Of a DNA stretch of 41,293 bases, positions 1-11,041 are shown piece after piece. The notes beneath the pieces are model-generated. The model was given only the letters and a program-made list of their open reading frames with translations. It ran no database searches and was not told where the DNA came from. Position 1 is the stretch's first letter; each line of letters begins with the position of its first letter. The stretch lies in UHGV virus genome UHGV-0213939. One strand, written 5' to 3'. A program made the translations under genes and the position numbers. Origin of the DNA: a virus.

Positions 1-173
1 CGCTTGCCATGCCCGAACATTTCAATCCAGCGATATTCTGCCTGGGTATGTTCACGCGCAATGAAGAACGTACAACCGGCTATCGCTCCGTAAGCCCAGT
101 TTCCGGTAAAAAGACCAACCAGTATCTGCGCAGCCACAGCACAAAGTGCATGAAGTAAGGGGCTTATATCCAT
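1..173 (-). CDS. Hypothetical protein, N-terminal fragment (start codon at 173, runs off the left edge); hydrophobic N-terminus suggests a membrane protein
   Basis: Manual reverse-complement translation from ATG at 173-171 gives MDISPLLHALCAVAAQILVGLFTGNWAYGAIAGCTFFIAREHTQAEYRWIEMFGHGK with no stop before position 1. Not in the ORF track because it is truncated. Confidence 0.4.
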   Translation of the reverse strand, partial: MDISPLLHALCAVAAQILVGLFTGNWAYGAIAGCTFFIAREHTQAEYRWIEMFGHGK

Positions 174-185
174 TATTTCCTCCTT

Positions 186-464
186 TCAGCTCCATTCCCG
201 AAGCGGTGTTTCCAGCTCCACGACATAATCAGAGAATACAGAAACATCAAACAAGTCATCAAGAATACGAATGTTGACAAAATAACCGTCATTCCGGATA
301 CAGACAGGTTCTCCCTCTTCAGTTACCCCTGTTTCTGTGTAGGTGAAACCAATTTCATCAACTAACAGTTTATTCTGGAGGTCTTCATCTTCCGCCCAGC
401 CAAGAGATGACAGGAAGGCCTTAAACTGCAGTCTGTCATGAAACTTCAAAGTTAAATCTTTCAT
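186..464 (-). CDS. Small protein (92 aa) translationally coupled to the tail fibre gene; function unknown, possibly a fibre accessory or assembly factor
   Basis: ORF track 186..464; its ATG overlaps the stop of the upstream tail fibre gene (461-464, ATGA-type overlap). No family recognised by eye. Confidence 0.5.
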   Translation of the reverse strand: MKDLTLKFHDRLQFKAFLSSLGWAEDEDLQNKLLVDEIGFTYTETGVTEEGEPVCIRNDGYFVNIRILDDLFDVSVFSDYVVELETPLREWS

Positions 465-2524
465 ACGGCCTCTTTTAATTGCCTGTCATTCAATTCCCTG
501 TGCCAGATTCGCAGATTTCTGACATGTCCAAATAAATGCCTGTCTCCGGTGGAGGATTGCCCCCCTATATTCATGAAACCATTAAGATATCTTGTATCAT
601 TATAAGGCGAAACCGATGCACCACCGATATTTCCATTTACCACTACAGACAGACTCCCGTCTTCTTTAAACCTTCCGCCAATAATGTTTTTTCGCCCTGA
701 AACAGCAATGTCACTTTTTATCTCTGCCATAGTTCCCTTTCCATTCGTGATGATTGCTTTTGAGCCCTTTGAGATAAAACCAAGATACATATAACTCTGG
801 TCAGCTATATCTGTTGAGTCTCCCGTAGTGGAAATATTTAATATCCTTTCTGCGCCCGTGGTATTTGGCATAACGTCCCATGAGACACTGCACTCTGTCA
901 GTACTGTCAGTGGCCTTCGCACCCAGTTTTTATTTAATGGGATTGTCACAATATCACTGGCTCGCGTTGCCGGTGTTCCCCCTGTTATGATGAATGATGA
1001 TGCAGCAGTTCCTTTCTCAACCTGAGGCGTTGCCATTGATATACTGTCACCGACCTTAATTTCATTGCCTTCCTGTTGATACATTTCTATTCGGGCATAT
1101 ATATTTTGTGATGAATCAGATTTATAGGTTGACTGAAAGAATATCCATCCGCTGTTTTCCACTACGAAAGATGACGAAAGCACATCACTTTTTAATGTCA
1201 GATTGCTCAAATCCAGAAGCGCATCTGCTATAAAAGTATTCCCTGCGCCATCATCATTCAGCTTCGATATGCGCATTCTCGCCCTGATTCCGTTTCCCTT
1301 GAATCGGGCAGAAATTGTAACAGAGTCACCATTTTCCACAGAGATAACCCGACCTGTTCCTGTTGAAATGAGCGTCACAGGCCCGGTATCAGGTGAATCT
1401 TTATACGTCAGAACACCATAGCTGAATCCAAATGGATCGAGATTACTGTTTACATCAAGACGTTTATTATTAAAGTTCCATGCTTCTGGTGCATTACTGT
1501 TAATGAAATTATTAGTACGTTGCCCTTCTATCAGTAAACCAGACTTTTCAAATCTGGCTTCATCAACATCTGCCACAACAAACGAGCCTGACTTATTGAT
1601 ATACGTTGCTGTTGAAGCTCGTTTAAACTTAACAATCTTGTCGCCTGGCACTGTTATTTCATCGTCACCAATAACAATCTTTTTATATGATGGCGAAAAC
1701 CCCGTAATCATATCCAGTGAATCGTTAAACGGTATCCACACATCAGGCAGCGGCGGCACTATATTCGCACAGGGCTCTGCAGTCACTTCCGCTGCGGCTT
1801 CTGCGCGGTCTGCCGCCTTTTCAGCTCGTGTCGCTGCCGACAGAGCCTCATCCTTTTTCTGCCCGGCCTTTGTTGCGTCTGCTGCAGCCTCCCGCGCTTT
1901 TGTGGTGGCGACTCCGGCATTTTCAGCGGCTGACTCTGCATTACGGCGGGAAGCCTCTTCACTGTCTGCGGAGGCTTCTTCTGACGCACGGGCATTTGTC
2001 TCTGAACGTTCTGCCGCTGTTGCTGCGTTTTGTGCGGCTGTTTTTGAAGAAGCTGCCGCTTTCGCGCTGTTACCTGCATTCGTCTCTGATGTTTTCGCCG
2101 CGTTCCTGGACGATGCCGCTGCTGTTTCTGATTTCTTTGCTGCCGCTGCGCTCTGAGAGGCGGCTTCAGCGTTGCGTGCCACATCCTCCACCATTACCTC
2201 AAAACGACGCAATGCCTCCGGCATGACATCCTCTTCCGTCATGGCACCCAGAAAATCATTCAGCGTCCCCGGCTTAGAATCCTCATACACGGTGATGGTC
2301 CCGGCATGTGAAGGCGGAAAACCTTCAACCAGCAGGATAACGCTGTACTGGCCATACTCGACATCCATGCTGTAACGTCCGGCTTCATCCGGATTTTCTG
2401 AGGCCACCGTGTTCACCACAACCGTGGTGCTGTTACGTTTTGCTTTGAGCTGAATGGTGCAGTTCTGTATCGGTTTTCCTGCACCGTCTTTCAGCACGCC
2501 TGAAATCTGTACTGCCATATTCAC
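461..2524 (-). CDS. stf: Side tail fibre protein: lambda Stf-like N-terminal domain and Ala/Ser-rich linker, with a divergent C-terminal putative receptor-binding domain
   Basis: N-terminus MNMAVQISGVLKDGAGKPIQNCTIQLKAKRNSTTVVVNTV...GFPPSHAGTITVYEDS closely resembles the lambda Stf N-terminus from memory, followed by an Ala/Ser/Glu-rich repeat region. The C-terminal ~430 aa is unlike lambda Stf and ends ...LRIWHRELNDRQLKEAV. Position immediately downstream of J. Confidence 0.75.
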   Translation of the reverse strand: MNMAVQISGVLKDGAGKPIQNCTIQLKAKRNSTTVVVNTVASENPDEAGRYSMDVEYGQYSVILLVEGFPPSHAGTITVYEDSKPGTLNDFLGAMTEEDVMPEALRRFEVMVEDVARNAEAASQSAAAAKKSETAAASSRNAAKTSETNAGNSAKAAASSKTAAQNAATAAERSETNARASEEASADSEEASRRNAESAAENAGVATTKAREAAADATKAGQKKDEALSAATRAEKAADRAEAAAEVTAEPCANIVPPLPDVWIPFNDSLDMITGFSPSYKKIVIGDDEITVPGDKIVKFKRASTATYINKSGSFVVADVDEARFEKSGLLIEGQRTNNFINSNAPEAWNFNNKRLDVNSNLDPFGFSYGVLTYKDSPDTGPVTLISTGTGRVISVENGDSVTISARFKGNGIRARMRISKLNDDGAGNTFIADALLDLSNLTLKSDVLSSSFVVENSGWIFFQSTYKSDSSQNIYARIEMYQQEGNEIKVGDSISMATPQVEKGTAASSFIITGGTPATRASDIVTIPLNKNWVRRPLTVLTECSVSWDVMPNTTGAERILNISTTGDSTDIADQSYMYLGFISKGSKAIITNGKGTMAEIKSDIAVSGRKNIIGGRFKEDGSLSVVVNGNIGGASVSPYNDTRYLNGFMNIGGQSSTGDRHLFGHVRNLRIWHRELNDRQLKEAV

Positions 2525-2576
2525 TCCACAAATAAAAAAGGCGCCATTTCTGGCACCCGTATCTGGGTTATAAAAT

Positions 2577-5500
2577 TCAACTGATACTGATACCGGCTGT
2601 AGATTTCTTCATCACAACAACAAGAAGGTCGCTGATACTGGTCGTTGGCGTCCAGTTATTAGCACCATATGAAGAAACATTGAAAGTCAGGGTGACATGG
2701 CCGTGTCCGGCAGGCATATCAATGACTGATGAAAATACCCTGCTGACATCCGTCGCGGGTTGCTGAAAGATTTCCTGTCCGTTCTTCAGCACCTGCAGCT
2801 TACAGGTTGAATACCAGTATGACTGTTGGTTGTTGCTGTTGAAGTTTTCATGCTTACCACCGCGAAACAGAACGGGGGGGATTACTATCTGACGGTCAAA
2901 AGCCTGGTCATCGTACACCGTGACCGTTATTGTACCGCTGGCATAACTGCTATTTCTCGGAAAGGCTTTTCCCACCGTTTTAACAATATCGCCTTCAATC
3001 TGGTTGGCTGACAGTTTTCCCAGAATCCGGCAGTTCTGATTAATCGTGACATTGTTGAGCGTCCCGGAGTTCGCGTTCACGTTACCGCTGATATCCGCAT
3101 TTTTCGCCGTCAGCCGCCCGTCCGGTGTCAGGGAAAATGCCGGAGGATTACCGCCGCTGGTAATGGTGGGAGCCGTCAGATATTTCAGGAACACTTCATT
3201 CATAAATATCTGATCGCCCTGACCAACAAACATCGGCTTTGTATTGCCATTCGCAGGATTAATCATCGCAATCCTGTCCGCCGCCAGCAGCACCTGACTC
3301 TGCATACCGTCAGGGGTATTCTCAATACCGGCACCAATACCCGCGATATAAAGGCGTCCGTCCTGCATCTGCTGCAGCTTCACAGCCCACATGCTGTTCA
3401 GGTTATTATTTGTATCAACCTGAACCTTCTGTATCTGCTGGATCGCTGCACTCTGGTCTTCCAGTTTCTTATTGACAGTCTGCGTGATTTCATTGCTGAC
3501 ACCCGTAATGGACGTCCTGATTTCAGCCAGGTCAGGCGCAAGCTGACCGTTATCAATCTGCGTCCACAACTCCTGAGCCAGATGGGTTTTCCCTATCTCT
3601 CCTTTGAAAAAATTCAGATAGCCGGAGGCATCATCACTCGGCTGGCCAACAGCCTCCACAAATGCCGATTTGCCAACGGTGTTCACACTGCGGATGTAAA
3701 AATAATAATCATGGCCCGGTTTGATATTGATACTGGCGGCTATCCAGTACAGCGCCGTGCCAAGATAGCGTGCTGTGGTTTCAACCTGCCTGATATCCGC
3801 AATCCGCTTTTCCGAGAACCAGAACTCAAACTGTACCGTCGGATCATAAACCGCAAGATGCGGCGTGGCGGTTATCTGAAAATACCCCGGTGTCAGCTCA
3901 ATCTGCGACGGCGCTGCCGGTGCGGCAATCCGGAACGATACCGATGCCGGATCGCCCTGCTGCCCCCACGCATTTACCGCCCGGACTGTCAGCCTGTAGT
4001 TCCCCAGCGCCAGTTGCCTGAAGCGGTATGTGGTTTCCGTCGTCCGGGCCATGCTGACCAGCCGCTCACTGCCGTCGTCCGCTGCCACGGTAAGGCGAAG
4101 CAGGAAGCTCACGCCCTTCACCACCTTCGGCGTGTCCCATCGCGCCAGCACCTGATATTCCCCGCTGTCTGCGGTGACTTCGGCGGTCAGGTGCTGCACC
4201 GCTGGCGGCGTGACACCATTCACCGTGCCGCTCTGGTCGCCGTCAAAGTGCGCCCCGTTATCCACGATGGCTTCTTTTTCCGGTACATGCTGCACGGCGG
4301 TGATGGCATACGTACCGTCATCGTTCTCCCGGATACTCACACAGCGGAACAGGCGCTGGCGCAGCGTCGGCAGCTTCAGCCCCCATACGCTGTATTCAGC
4401 AACACCGTCAGGAACACGGCTCACTTTTACCTTCACGCCGTCGGTGACGGACTGAACCTCCACGCTGACCGGATTGCCACTTCCGTCAACCAGGCTTATC
4501 AGCGTGGTACCGGAGGATGGCAGCGTGATTTCACGGTCGAGCGTCAGCGTCCGGGTCTGGCTGTTCACCGCCAGCACACGACCACCGGTGCTGATACCGG
4601 CATAGTCATCATCACAGATTTCAATAACATCGCCCGGTACATGGCGAAGCCCTTCTGCGCCGACGCTGAAATCCACGGTCTGCGTTTCCAGCAGTTCCGT
4701 TTTAATCAGCCACAGCCCGGCGCGGTGTGCCTGCCCCCGGCTGGTACAGCCAAAGGCATCCATCTTCGTGACGTTACGACCGTAACGGGCAATGGCCTGC
4801 GTGTCCTCCACAAGCTCTGTTGCCGTTTCCCAGCCGTTATCCGGGTCAATCCAGTTCACCTCAACGGCATTATGGCGGTCCTTCAGGGCGCTGAAGCTGT
4901 AGCGGAACGGCGCGCCATCATCCGGCATCACCACATTACTGCGGTTATAGGTCCACACCTTATCCGACGGTCGGTCCTGCACGAACGTCAGCGTCTGCCC
5001 GTTCCATACCGGCATACAGCGCATCGCCGAGCAGAAATCACTGAGCACATCCCACGCCTTGCGCTGTGTGGTCAGGTATGCATTACAGGTGATGCGCGGC
5101 TCCGTGCCGCCAAAGCCGTCCGGCACTGACTGGTCGCAATTCTGGCCGATGACATACAGCGCCCATTTATCCACATCTGCCGCACCAAGACGTTTCCCCA
5201 TGCCGTAGCGCGGGTGGGTCAGCATATCCCACAGACACCAGGCCATGTTGTTGCTGTATGCCGGTTTTAACGTTCCGTCCCAGATACCGCTGTATTGCCG
5301 CGTCTGCGGGTTATAGTTCGACGGCACCTGCAGAATGCGCCCGCGCAGATGATAATTACGGCTCACCTGCTGGCTGCCGAACTGCTCCGAGTCCACCTGC
5401 ACGCCGACCAGTGCCGTGTTCGGGTAGCACTGTTTCACATCGATAATTTCGGTGTATGACGACCAGAGCGTTTTGTTCTGCAGCTGGTCTGTGGTGCTGT

Positions 5501-6059
5501 CCGGCGTCATCCTGCGCATCCGGATATTAAACGGGCGCGGCGGCAGGTTATCCACCACCACCGAGGCCAGGTACTGCGAGGTGGTTTTGCCCTTAATGGT
5601 GATGTCTTTTTCCGTCACCCAGCCACCGTTACGCTGTATCTGAACCAGCAGGCGGACTTCCGACGGATTCCGGTCACCCTTTGAGGTGGTTTCCACCAGT
5701 GCCTGCACACCGAAGGTAAAGCGCAGACGGTCGATGTTTGCCGACGTGATGGTCCGGGTGATCGGCGTGTCATATTTCACTTCCGTACCCAGCACCGTCT
5801 CGGAGCCGGAGGATTCAAATCCCTCCGGCGGAGTCTGCTCCTGCTCACCTGCCCGGAACACCACCGTGACACCGGAGATGTTGGTATTCCCCTCACTGTC
5901 CAGCACCGGCGTACTGTTCAGCAGCACGCTTTTTAATCCATCCACCGGACCTTCAACCGGCCCTTCGCTGATGGCGTCTATCACGCTCAGCATCTGGGAT
6001 GATTTCAGGTTGTCCTTCGCTTCGCGCGGGGTATGCCCCTTACTGCTGCCTTTACCCAT
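2577..6059 (-). CDS. J: Tail tip / host specificity protein J (central tail fibre)
   Basis: 1160-aa ORF in the lambda J position after I; length and fibronectin-like repeats typical of lambda J (about 1130 aa). C-terminal end differs from lambda J. Confidence 0.9.
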   Translation of the reverse strand: MGKGSSKGHTPREAKDNLKSSQMLSVIDAISEGPVEGPVDGLKSVLLNSTPVLDSEGNTNISGVTVVFRAGEQEQTPPEGFESSGSETVLGTEVKYDTPITRTITSANIDRLRFTFGVQALVETTSKGDRNPSEVRLLVQIQRNGGWVTEKDITIKGKTTSQYLASVVVDNLPPRPFNIRMRRMTPDSTTDQLQNKTLWSSYTEIIDVKQCYPNTALVGVQVDSEQFGSQQVSRNYHLRGRILQVPSNYNPQTRQYSGIWDGTLKPAYSNNMAWCLWDMLTHPRYGMGKRLGAADVDKWALYVIGQNCDQSVPDGFGGTEPRITCNAYLTTQRKAWDVLSDFCSAMRCMPVWNGQTLTFVQDRPSDKVWTYNRSNVVMPDDGAPFRYSFSALKDRHNAVEVNWIDPDNGWETATELVEDTQAIARYGRNVTKMDAFGCTSRGQAHRAGLWLIKTELLETQTVDFSVGAEGLRHVPGDVIEICDDDYAGISTGGRVLAVNSQTRTLTLDREITLPSSGTTLISLVDGSGNPVSVEVQSVTDGVKVKVSRVPDGVAEYSVWGLKLPTLRQRLFRCVSIRENDDGTYAITAVQHVPEKEAIVDNGAHFDGDQSGTVNGVTPPAVQHLTAEVTADSGEYQVLARWDTPKVVKGVSFLLRLTVAADDGSERLVSMARTTETTYRFRQLALGNYRLTVRAVNAWGQQGDPASVSFRIAAPAAPSQIELTPGYFQITATPHLAVYDPTVQFEFWFSEKRIADIRQVETTARYLGTALYWIAASINIKPGHDYYFYIRSVNTVGKSAFVEAVGQPSDDASGYLNFFKGEIGKTHLAQELWTQIDNGQLAPDLAEIRTSITGVSNEITQTVNKKLEDQSAAIQQIQKVQVDTNNNLNSMWAVKLQQMQDGRLYIAGIGAGIENTPDGMQSQVLLAADRIAMINPANGNTKPMFVGQGDQIFMNEVFLKYLTAPTITSGGNPPAFSLTPDGRLTAKNADISGNVNANSGTLNNVTINQNCRILGKLSANQIEGDIVKTVGKAFPRNSSYASGTITVTVYDDQAFDRQIVIPPVLFRGGKHENFNSNNQQSYWYSTCKLQVLKNGQEIFQQPATDVSRVFSSVIDMPAGHGHVTLTFNVSSYGANNWTPTTSISDLLVVVMKKSTAGISIS

Positions 6060-6119
6060 TCCTCACGCTCCAGAAACGACAAAACCGCCCTGAGGCGGTT
6101 TCACATAAAACGTTTTTCA

Positions 6120-6791
6120 TCAACGACCAATCACCACAACCTGACCACCGTCCCCCTCGTCTGCCGTGCTGATCTCCTGAGAAGCCACCCGCGACCCCAC
6201 GCGCATTTCACCGTACAGAACAGGCAGAACATTGCCCTGGGCAACCATGTTATCCAGTGAGGAGAAATAGGTGTTCTGCTTACCGTTATCCGTTGTCTGT
6301 GTACGGGGAGTTCTGGCTTTCGGTGCCAGCATCTGCGCCACACCACCAAGTACCATACTGGCACCGAGAGAAAACAGGATACCGTTCATACCACCGGCCC
6401 CAATGGCTGCCCCCCATGCTGCAAGGGTGGCTCCGGCAGTAAAGAATGATCCGGCAATGGCGGCAGCCCCCAGAACAATCTGGAATACGCCCCCTGACTT
6501 GGCCCCGGCGACTCTGGGAACAATATGAATCACAGCGCCGTCAGGCAGAACCTCATGTAACTGCGCCGTCAATCCGGACGTGCTGACGTCCCGCCCGGCA
6601 ATCCGTACCTGATACCAGCCGTCATTCAGTTTCTGACGAAACGCCGGTAGCTGCGTGGCCAGCGCCCGGATGGCTTCGGCCCCCGTTTTCACACGAAGAT
6701 CGATGCGGCGGCCAAATCGTTGCAAATCCCCGTAAAGGCAGATGCGTGCCATGCCCGGTGACGCCAGAGGGAGTGTGTGCGTCGCTGCCAT
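6120..6791 (-). CDS. I: Tail assembly protein I
   Basis: 223 aa, same length and position as lambda I; Gly/Ala-rich hydrophobic C-terminal half. Confidence 0.85.
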   Translation of the reverse strand: MAATHTLPLASPGMARICLYGDLQRFGRRIDLRVKTGAEAIRALATQLPAFRQKLNDGWYQVRIAGRDVSTSGLTAQLHEVLPDGAVIHIVPRVAGAKSGGVFQIVLGAAAIAGSFFTAGATLAAWGAAIGAGGMNGILFSLGASMVLGGVAQMLAPKARTPRTQTTDNGKQNTYFSSLDNMVAQGNVLPVLYGEMRVGSRVASQEISTADEGDGGQVVVIGR

Positions 6792-7432
6792 TTGTCGGTA
6801 TACCTCTCTCGTTTGCTCAGTTGTTCAGGAATATGGTGCAGCAGCTCGCCGTCACCACAGTAAATGGCGGCATGATTCGGCACCGATGAACCAAAACAGC
6901 ACAGCAGCACATCGCCCGGCTGCGCCGCTGACAACGGCACCTGATACAGCCCTGTGGCCTCCAGATTATCCAGATAGAGATTCTGACCGTGACGCCACCA
7001 GTCATCCCCGCGATGAAAATTCGGCATCTCAATCCCCGCCAGATGATAAGCATCCCGGAACAGCGTGTAACAGTCCGTCACCCCGTGCTCAAAGCGCCGC
7101 CCGGTGAGATGCGGCACACAGCGGAACTTATGAATCGCCCCCCGGCAGACCAGCCACCACGGCAAATCACTCTGCACCTGCAGCCGCCGGTCAGCCTCAC
7201 TCAGCCAGGGCAGACCACCGGGGTGGCTGTGGACCAGCGCCACAATCTCACCCTGCATTTCTGCCTGCAGCCAGTCTTCCGGCGACATACGGAAATACGC
7301 CTCCGGCTCACCGGAGATATTCACGCAGGGGAAATATCTTTCCCCCTCCGGCGTGCTTACCACGAAGCCGCACGACTCCGCTGGCGCACATCGCCGGGCG
7401 TGCGCCAGAATCGCTGATTCTGTCTGTGTCAT
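6689..7432 (-). CDS. K: Tail assembly protein K (NlpC/P60 plus MPN-like domains)
   Basis: Position between L and I; overlaps I as in lambda; HSHP motif (..ALVHSHPGG..) typical of the JAB/MPN domain of K. Confidence 0.8.
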   Translation of the reverse strand: MTQTESAILAHARRCAPAESCGFVVSTPEGERYFPCVNISGEPEAYFRMSPEDWLQAEMQGEIVALVHSHPGGLPWLSEADRRLQVQSDLPWWLVCRGAIHKFRCVPHLTGRRFEHGVTDCYTLFRDAYHLAGIEMPNFHRGDDWWRHGQNLYLDNLEATGLYQVPLSAAQPGDVLLCCFGSSVPNHAAIYCGDGELLHHIPEQLSKRERYTDKWQRRTHSLWRHRAWHASAFTGICNDLAAASIFV

Positions 7433-7437
7433 GGGAT

Positions 7438-8136
7438 TTACTGCGAAAGTTTGTTAATGGAAAGGAAGCCGCCAAAGTTGCCGACGTTATTGCGGAACTT
7501 ACAACCGCTCAGGCATTTGCTGCATTTATCCTTCGTGATATCGGACGTTGGCTGGTCATATTCATCCGCGACCGCCGGACCGTGATAACCGCACTCATCG
7601 CCGCGATAGGTCCAGGTGCAGGTGTTGGCCAGCATGATACGTCCCGGAAAAACAGCGCCGTCCGTTTCCGTCGGCGTGGACAGTACAAAAGAGGCACTGA
7701 CCGCGCTCAGTTCGCTGCACTGCTCAATGCGCCAGCGGCTGATCACCTCCTGCTCCGGATCGGCGTCACTGTTTCCGTTGACGAAGTTCACCGCATCCAG
7801 AAAACGGGCGTAAACCTTACGCTTGACCACCGTTCCGCCGACCAGACTCTGCAGATCTTCCGCCATCCCGGTGACCATACCGTACAGGTTAGAAACCGTC
7901 AGCGTGGGGCGCGTACTGGTGCCTTTGCCATTCAGTTCAAAACCACTCCCCTGAATGGGATACGCCTGATACTGCCTCCCCTGCCAGGTGACCGGCTCAC
8001 CTTTTTCGTTCTGCTCATTACAGAAAAAATAACGTTCTCCACCGACCTCTGTCAGATCGATTTCCCAGAGCACCACGCTGGCCGACTGCTCCGCACGGGT
8101 GCATTCATTCAGTGTTTCCTGCCGGATATCCTGCAT
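7438..8136 (-). CDS. L: Minor tail protein L
   Basis: 232 aa, lambda L length and position; Cys cluster near the C-terminus. Confidence 0.85.
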   Translation of the reverse strand: MQDIRQETLNECTRAEQSASVVLWEIDLTEVGGERYFFCNEQNEKGEPVTWQGRQYQAYPIQGSGFELNGKGTSTRPTLTVSNLYGMVTGMAEDLQSLVGGTVVKRKVYARFLDAVNFVNGNSDADPEQEVISRWRIEQCSELSAVSASFVLSTPTETDGAVFPGRIMLANTCTWTYRGDECGYHGPAVADEYDQPTSDITKDKCSKCLSGCKFRNNVGNFGGFLSINKLSQ

Positions 8137-8465
8137 CAGTTCACCACCTGTTTAAACTCTGCGCTGAACTCAACACGCAACATACTGACCTGCGACGACC
8201 ATTTTGCGCAGGTCACCTTTATCTGCCTGTAACCATAAGGCGGCGTCCACAGAAAGGCCTTCCAGCCCCCGTGCTCAGCCAGAAACGACTCCAGCGCCGT
8301 GGCCTCCTCACGGGAGACAGACAGCGTCACGCTGTACGTTTTCAGGTCAGCGTTCAGCCCGGCAGGCGCACGCTGGGAATAGCCATCACCAAAGCGCACC
8401 TCCCTGACGGAAGGAGCCGATGTCACATCCATCCCGGGTTTCACTTTCCAGCGGAAGGTTTTCAT
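8136..8465 (-). CDS. M: Minor tail protein M
   Basis: 109 aa, lambda M length and position between H and L. Confidence 0.85.
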   Translation of the reverse strand: MKTFRWKVKPGMDVTSAPSVREVRFGDGYSQRAPAGLNADLKTYSVTLSVSREEATALESFLAEHGGWKAFLWTPPYGYRQIKVTCAKWSSQVSMLRVEFSAEFKQVVN

Positions 8466-11041
8466 CGTCCACCTCCGGAGAACAGACCACCATCGCGCAT
8501 CTGTGCCTGGATTTCATCACGGGCACCCTTGCGGGCCATGTCATACACCGCCTTCATCATCTGTGGACCTGGCAGACCCTTCGTACCGTCGTTCTGAATC
8601 ACCACGTTGTTGTTCTGCTCAAACCTGATACCCTCTGAACGCCGCATTTGCGCCGGACTTCCGGTGCCACCGACATAACCGCCGGTGGCATAGCCGCGCA
8701 TCAGCCGGTAGAGATTTCCCACGCCAATCCGGCTGGTTGCCTCCTTCGTGAAGACAAATTCACCACGGTGAACAATCCCCGCTGGCTCATATTTGCCGCC
8801 GGTTCCCGTAAATCCTCCGGTCGCAAAATGGAATTTCGCCGCAGCAGCCTGGATGGCTGTACCGCCTGACGCTGATGCGCCACCACCGGCAGCACCGCCA
8901 ATGGCGCTGCCGATACTCCCGACAATTCCCACCATTGCCTGCTTAAGCAGAATTTCTGTCATCATGGACAGCACGGAACGGGTGAAGCTGCGCCAGTTCT
9001 GTTCACTGCCGGTCAGCATCGCCGCCATATTTTGCGCAATACCATCAAAGGTCTGCGTGGCAGCACTTTTAACCTGCGACATACTGTCCGTGGCGCTCTC
9101 TTCCCACTCACTCCAGCCTGACTTGAGGCCTGCCATCCAGCTCCCGCGAAGCTGGTCTTCAGCTGCCCAGGTCTTTTTCTGCTCTGACATGACGTTATTC
9201 AGCGCCAGCGGATTATCGCCATACTGCTCCTTCAGACGCTGTTCCGTGGCTTCCCGCGCTGCCTGCCGGTCAGTCAGCCCCCGGCTTTTCGCATCAATGG
9301 CGGCCCGTTTTGCCCGTTGCTGCTGTGCAAATTTATCCGCCTGCTGCGCCAGCGCGTTCAGGTGCTCCTGATACGTAACCTTGTCGCCAAGTGCAGCCAG
9401 CTGGCGTTTGTACTCCAGCGTCTCATCTTTATGCGCCAGCAGGGATTTCTCCTGTGCAGACAGCTGGCGACGTTGTGCGGCCTCCTCCAGTACCGCGAAC
9501 TGACTTTCTGCCTTCCACAAATCCCGGCGCTGCTGGCTGATTTTCTCATTCGCTCCGGCATGCTTCTCCAGCGTCCGGAGTTCTGCCTGAAGCGTCAGAA
9601 GGGCAGCATGAGCACTGTCTTCCTGACGATCGCCCGCAGACACCTTCACGCCGGACTGTTTCGGCTTTTTCAGCGTCGCTTCATAATCCTTTTTCGCCGC
9701 CGCCATCAGCGTGTTGTAATCTGCCTGCAGGATTTTCCCGTCCTTCAGTGCCTTGTTCAGTTCTTCCTGACGGGCGGTATATTTCTCCAGCGGCGTCTGC
9801 AGGCGTTCGTAAGCCTTCTGCGCCTCTTCGGTATATTTCAGCCGTGATGCCTCAGAGTCGGCCCAGTCCTTTGCTGCCATCTCTCTGGCCTTTTCCAGAA
9901 CGGCCTGCAACGTGGCGGCTGAAAGCCCAAGTTGCGCATTCGCTCTGTCCTCCCATGCTCCACGGAGATTGGCAAGAAATGCTGAGGTTTTACCGCGCCG
10001 GTGGCTCCGGCTCTGATACCACTGCCATTTTTTGTCCGCCTCATCAAAAGCCTTTTCTGCTTTCTCCAGCATTTCCTGGGCTGTGTCCGGGCGACCAATA
10101 TCCAGCACCGAATCCCACATGGATTTGAATGCCCGCGCAGTCCTGTCTGCCCAGGTCTCCAGCGTGCCCATGTTCTCTTTCAGGCGGCGGGTCTGGTCAT
10201 CAAACCCTTTCGTTGCGGCCTCGTTCGCTGCCTGCAATGCCCCGGCCTCATCGCCGGAACGCTGCAACTGAGCAACATACGCAATTTGCTCCGCCGTCAC
10301 GTTATGGAACTGGCGCGCCATCGCCGTCAGCCCCGACGTCGGGTCAGTGGTCAGCTTCCCGAAGGCTTCAGCGACCTTGTCCACCTCCACGCCGGATGCA
10401 GAGGAGAAACGCGCCACACTCTGGCTGATGGACGCAATCTGAGCCTCACCGCTTACCCCCGCCTTAACCAGTGCACTGAGTGACTCGCTGGTCTGGTTAA
10501 ACGTCAGCCCTGCCGCCTGCCCGGCTCTGGACAGGACCAGCATACGATCTGCCGTCAGACCCGACTGATTACCGGAAAGGACCAGCGTTTTGTTGAAATC
10601 GGACAGGGTTGAGTTACCCTGATACCAGGCATACGCCAGCGCACCGGTCGCCACCGCCAGCGAGGTGGCCCCGACCATCGGCAGGGTGATCGCACCGGCA
10701 AGCCCCCGGAACATGGGGATCATCCCGCCGAAGGAGTCCTTAACCTGACCACCCTGTTGCAGCAGGATCAGCCACGGACTTTGCCCGCCTGCAAGCTGCG
10801 TGGCCACGTCGGTGAACTGCGCAGGCAGCATACGCATGGCAGCTTTATACTGCCCGACGGAAATCCCCGCTTTCTGTGCAGCCAGCGCCTGCCGGTTCAT
10901 CGACTGTTCAACGACTGCCGCTGTTTTTTTCGCATCAGTTTCCGTACCGGAAAAATGACGCCTGACTCTGGCCATCTGCTCGTCAAATCTGGCCGCATCC
11001 AGACTTAAATCAACGACCAGATCGCCTACCGGTTCAGCCAT
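8462..11041 (-). CDS. H: Tail tape measure protein H
   Basis: 859 aa (lambda H is about 853 aa); long helical Ala/Gln/Glu-rich protein following G/T. Confidence 0.9.
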   Translation of the reverse strand: MAEPVGDLVVDLSLDAARFDEQMARVRRHFSGTETDAKKTAAVVEQSMNRQALAAQKAGISVGQYKAAMRMLPAQFTDVATQLAGGQSPWLILLQQGGQVKDSFGGMIPMFRGLAGAITLPMVGATSLAVATGALAYAWYQGNSTLSDFNKTLVLSGNQSGLTADRMLVLSRAGQAAGLTFNQTSESLSALVKAGVSGEAQIASISQSVARFSSASGVEVDKVAEAFGKLTTDPTSGLTAMARQFHNVTAEQIAYVAQLQRSGDEAGALQAANEAATKGFDDQTRRLKENMGTLETWADRTARAFKSMWDSVLDIGRPDTAQEMLEKAEKAFDEADKKWQWYQSRSHRRGKTSAFLANLRGAWEDRANAQLGLSAATLQAVLEKAREMAAKDWADSEASRLKYTEEAQKAYERLQTPLEKYTARQEELNKALKDGKILQADYNTLMAAAKKDYEATLKKPKQSGVKVSAGDRQEDSAHAALLTLQAELRTLEKHAGANEKISQQRRDLWKAESQFAVLEEAAQRRQLSAQEKSLLAHKDETLEYKRQLAALGDKVTYQEHLNALAQQADKFAQQQRAKRAAIDAKSRGLTDRQAAREATEQRLKEQYGDNPLALNNVMSEQKKTWAAEDQLRGSWMAGLKSGWSEWEESATDSMSQVKSAATQTFDGIAQNMAAMLTGSEQNWRSFTRSVLSMMTEILLKQAMVGIVGSIGSAIGGAAGGGASASGGTAIQAAAAKFHFATGGFTGTGGKYEPAGIVHRGEFVFTKEATSRIGVGNLYRLMRGYATGGYVGGTGSPAQMRRSEGIRFEQNNNVVIQNDGTKGLPGPQMMKAVYDMARKGARDEIQAQMRDGGLFSGGGR

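Noticed and set aside
1503-2226. Several overlapping ORFs (217, 133 and 132 aa) on both strands
   Set aside because: All fall inside the Ala/Ser-rich linker of the tail fibre gene, where repetitive GC-rich codons leave alternative frames open. Their translations are low-complexity (poly-Ala/Arg/Gln-like).
3582-5129. 515-aa plus-strand ORF in the track
   Set aside because: Lies entirely antisense within J, which has a coherent 1160-aa lambda-like reading frame. Long antisense ORFs are common in GC-rich coding DNA. Its translation is Arg/Cys-rich and low-complexity.
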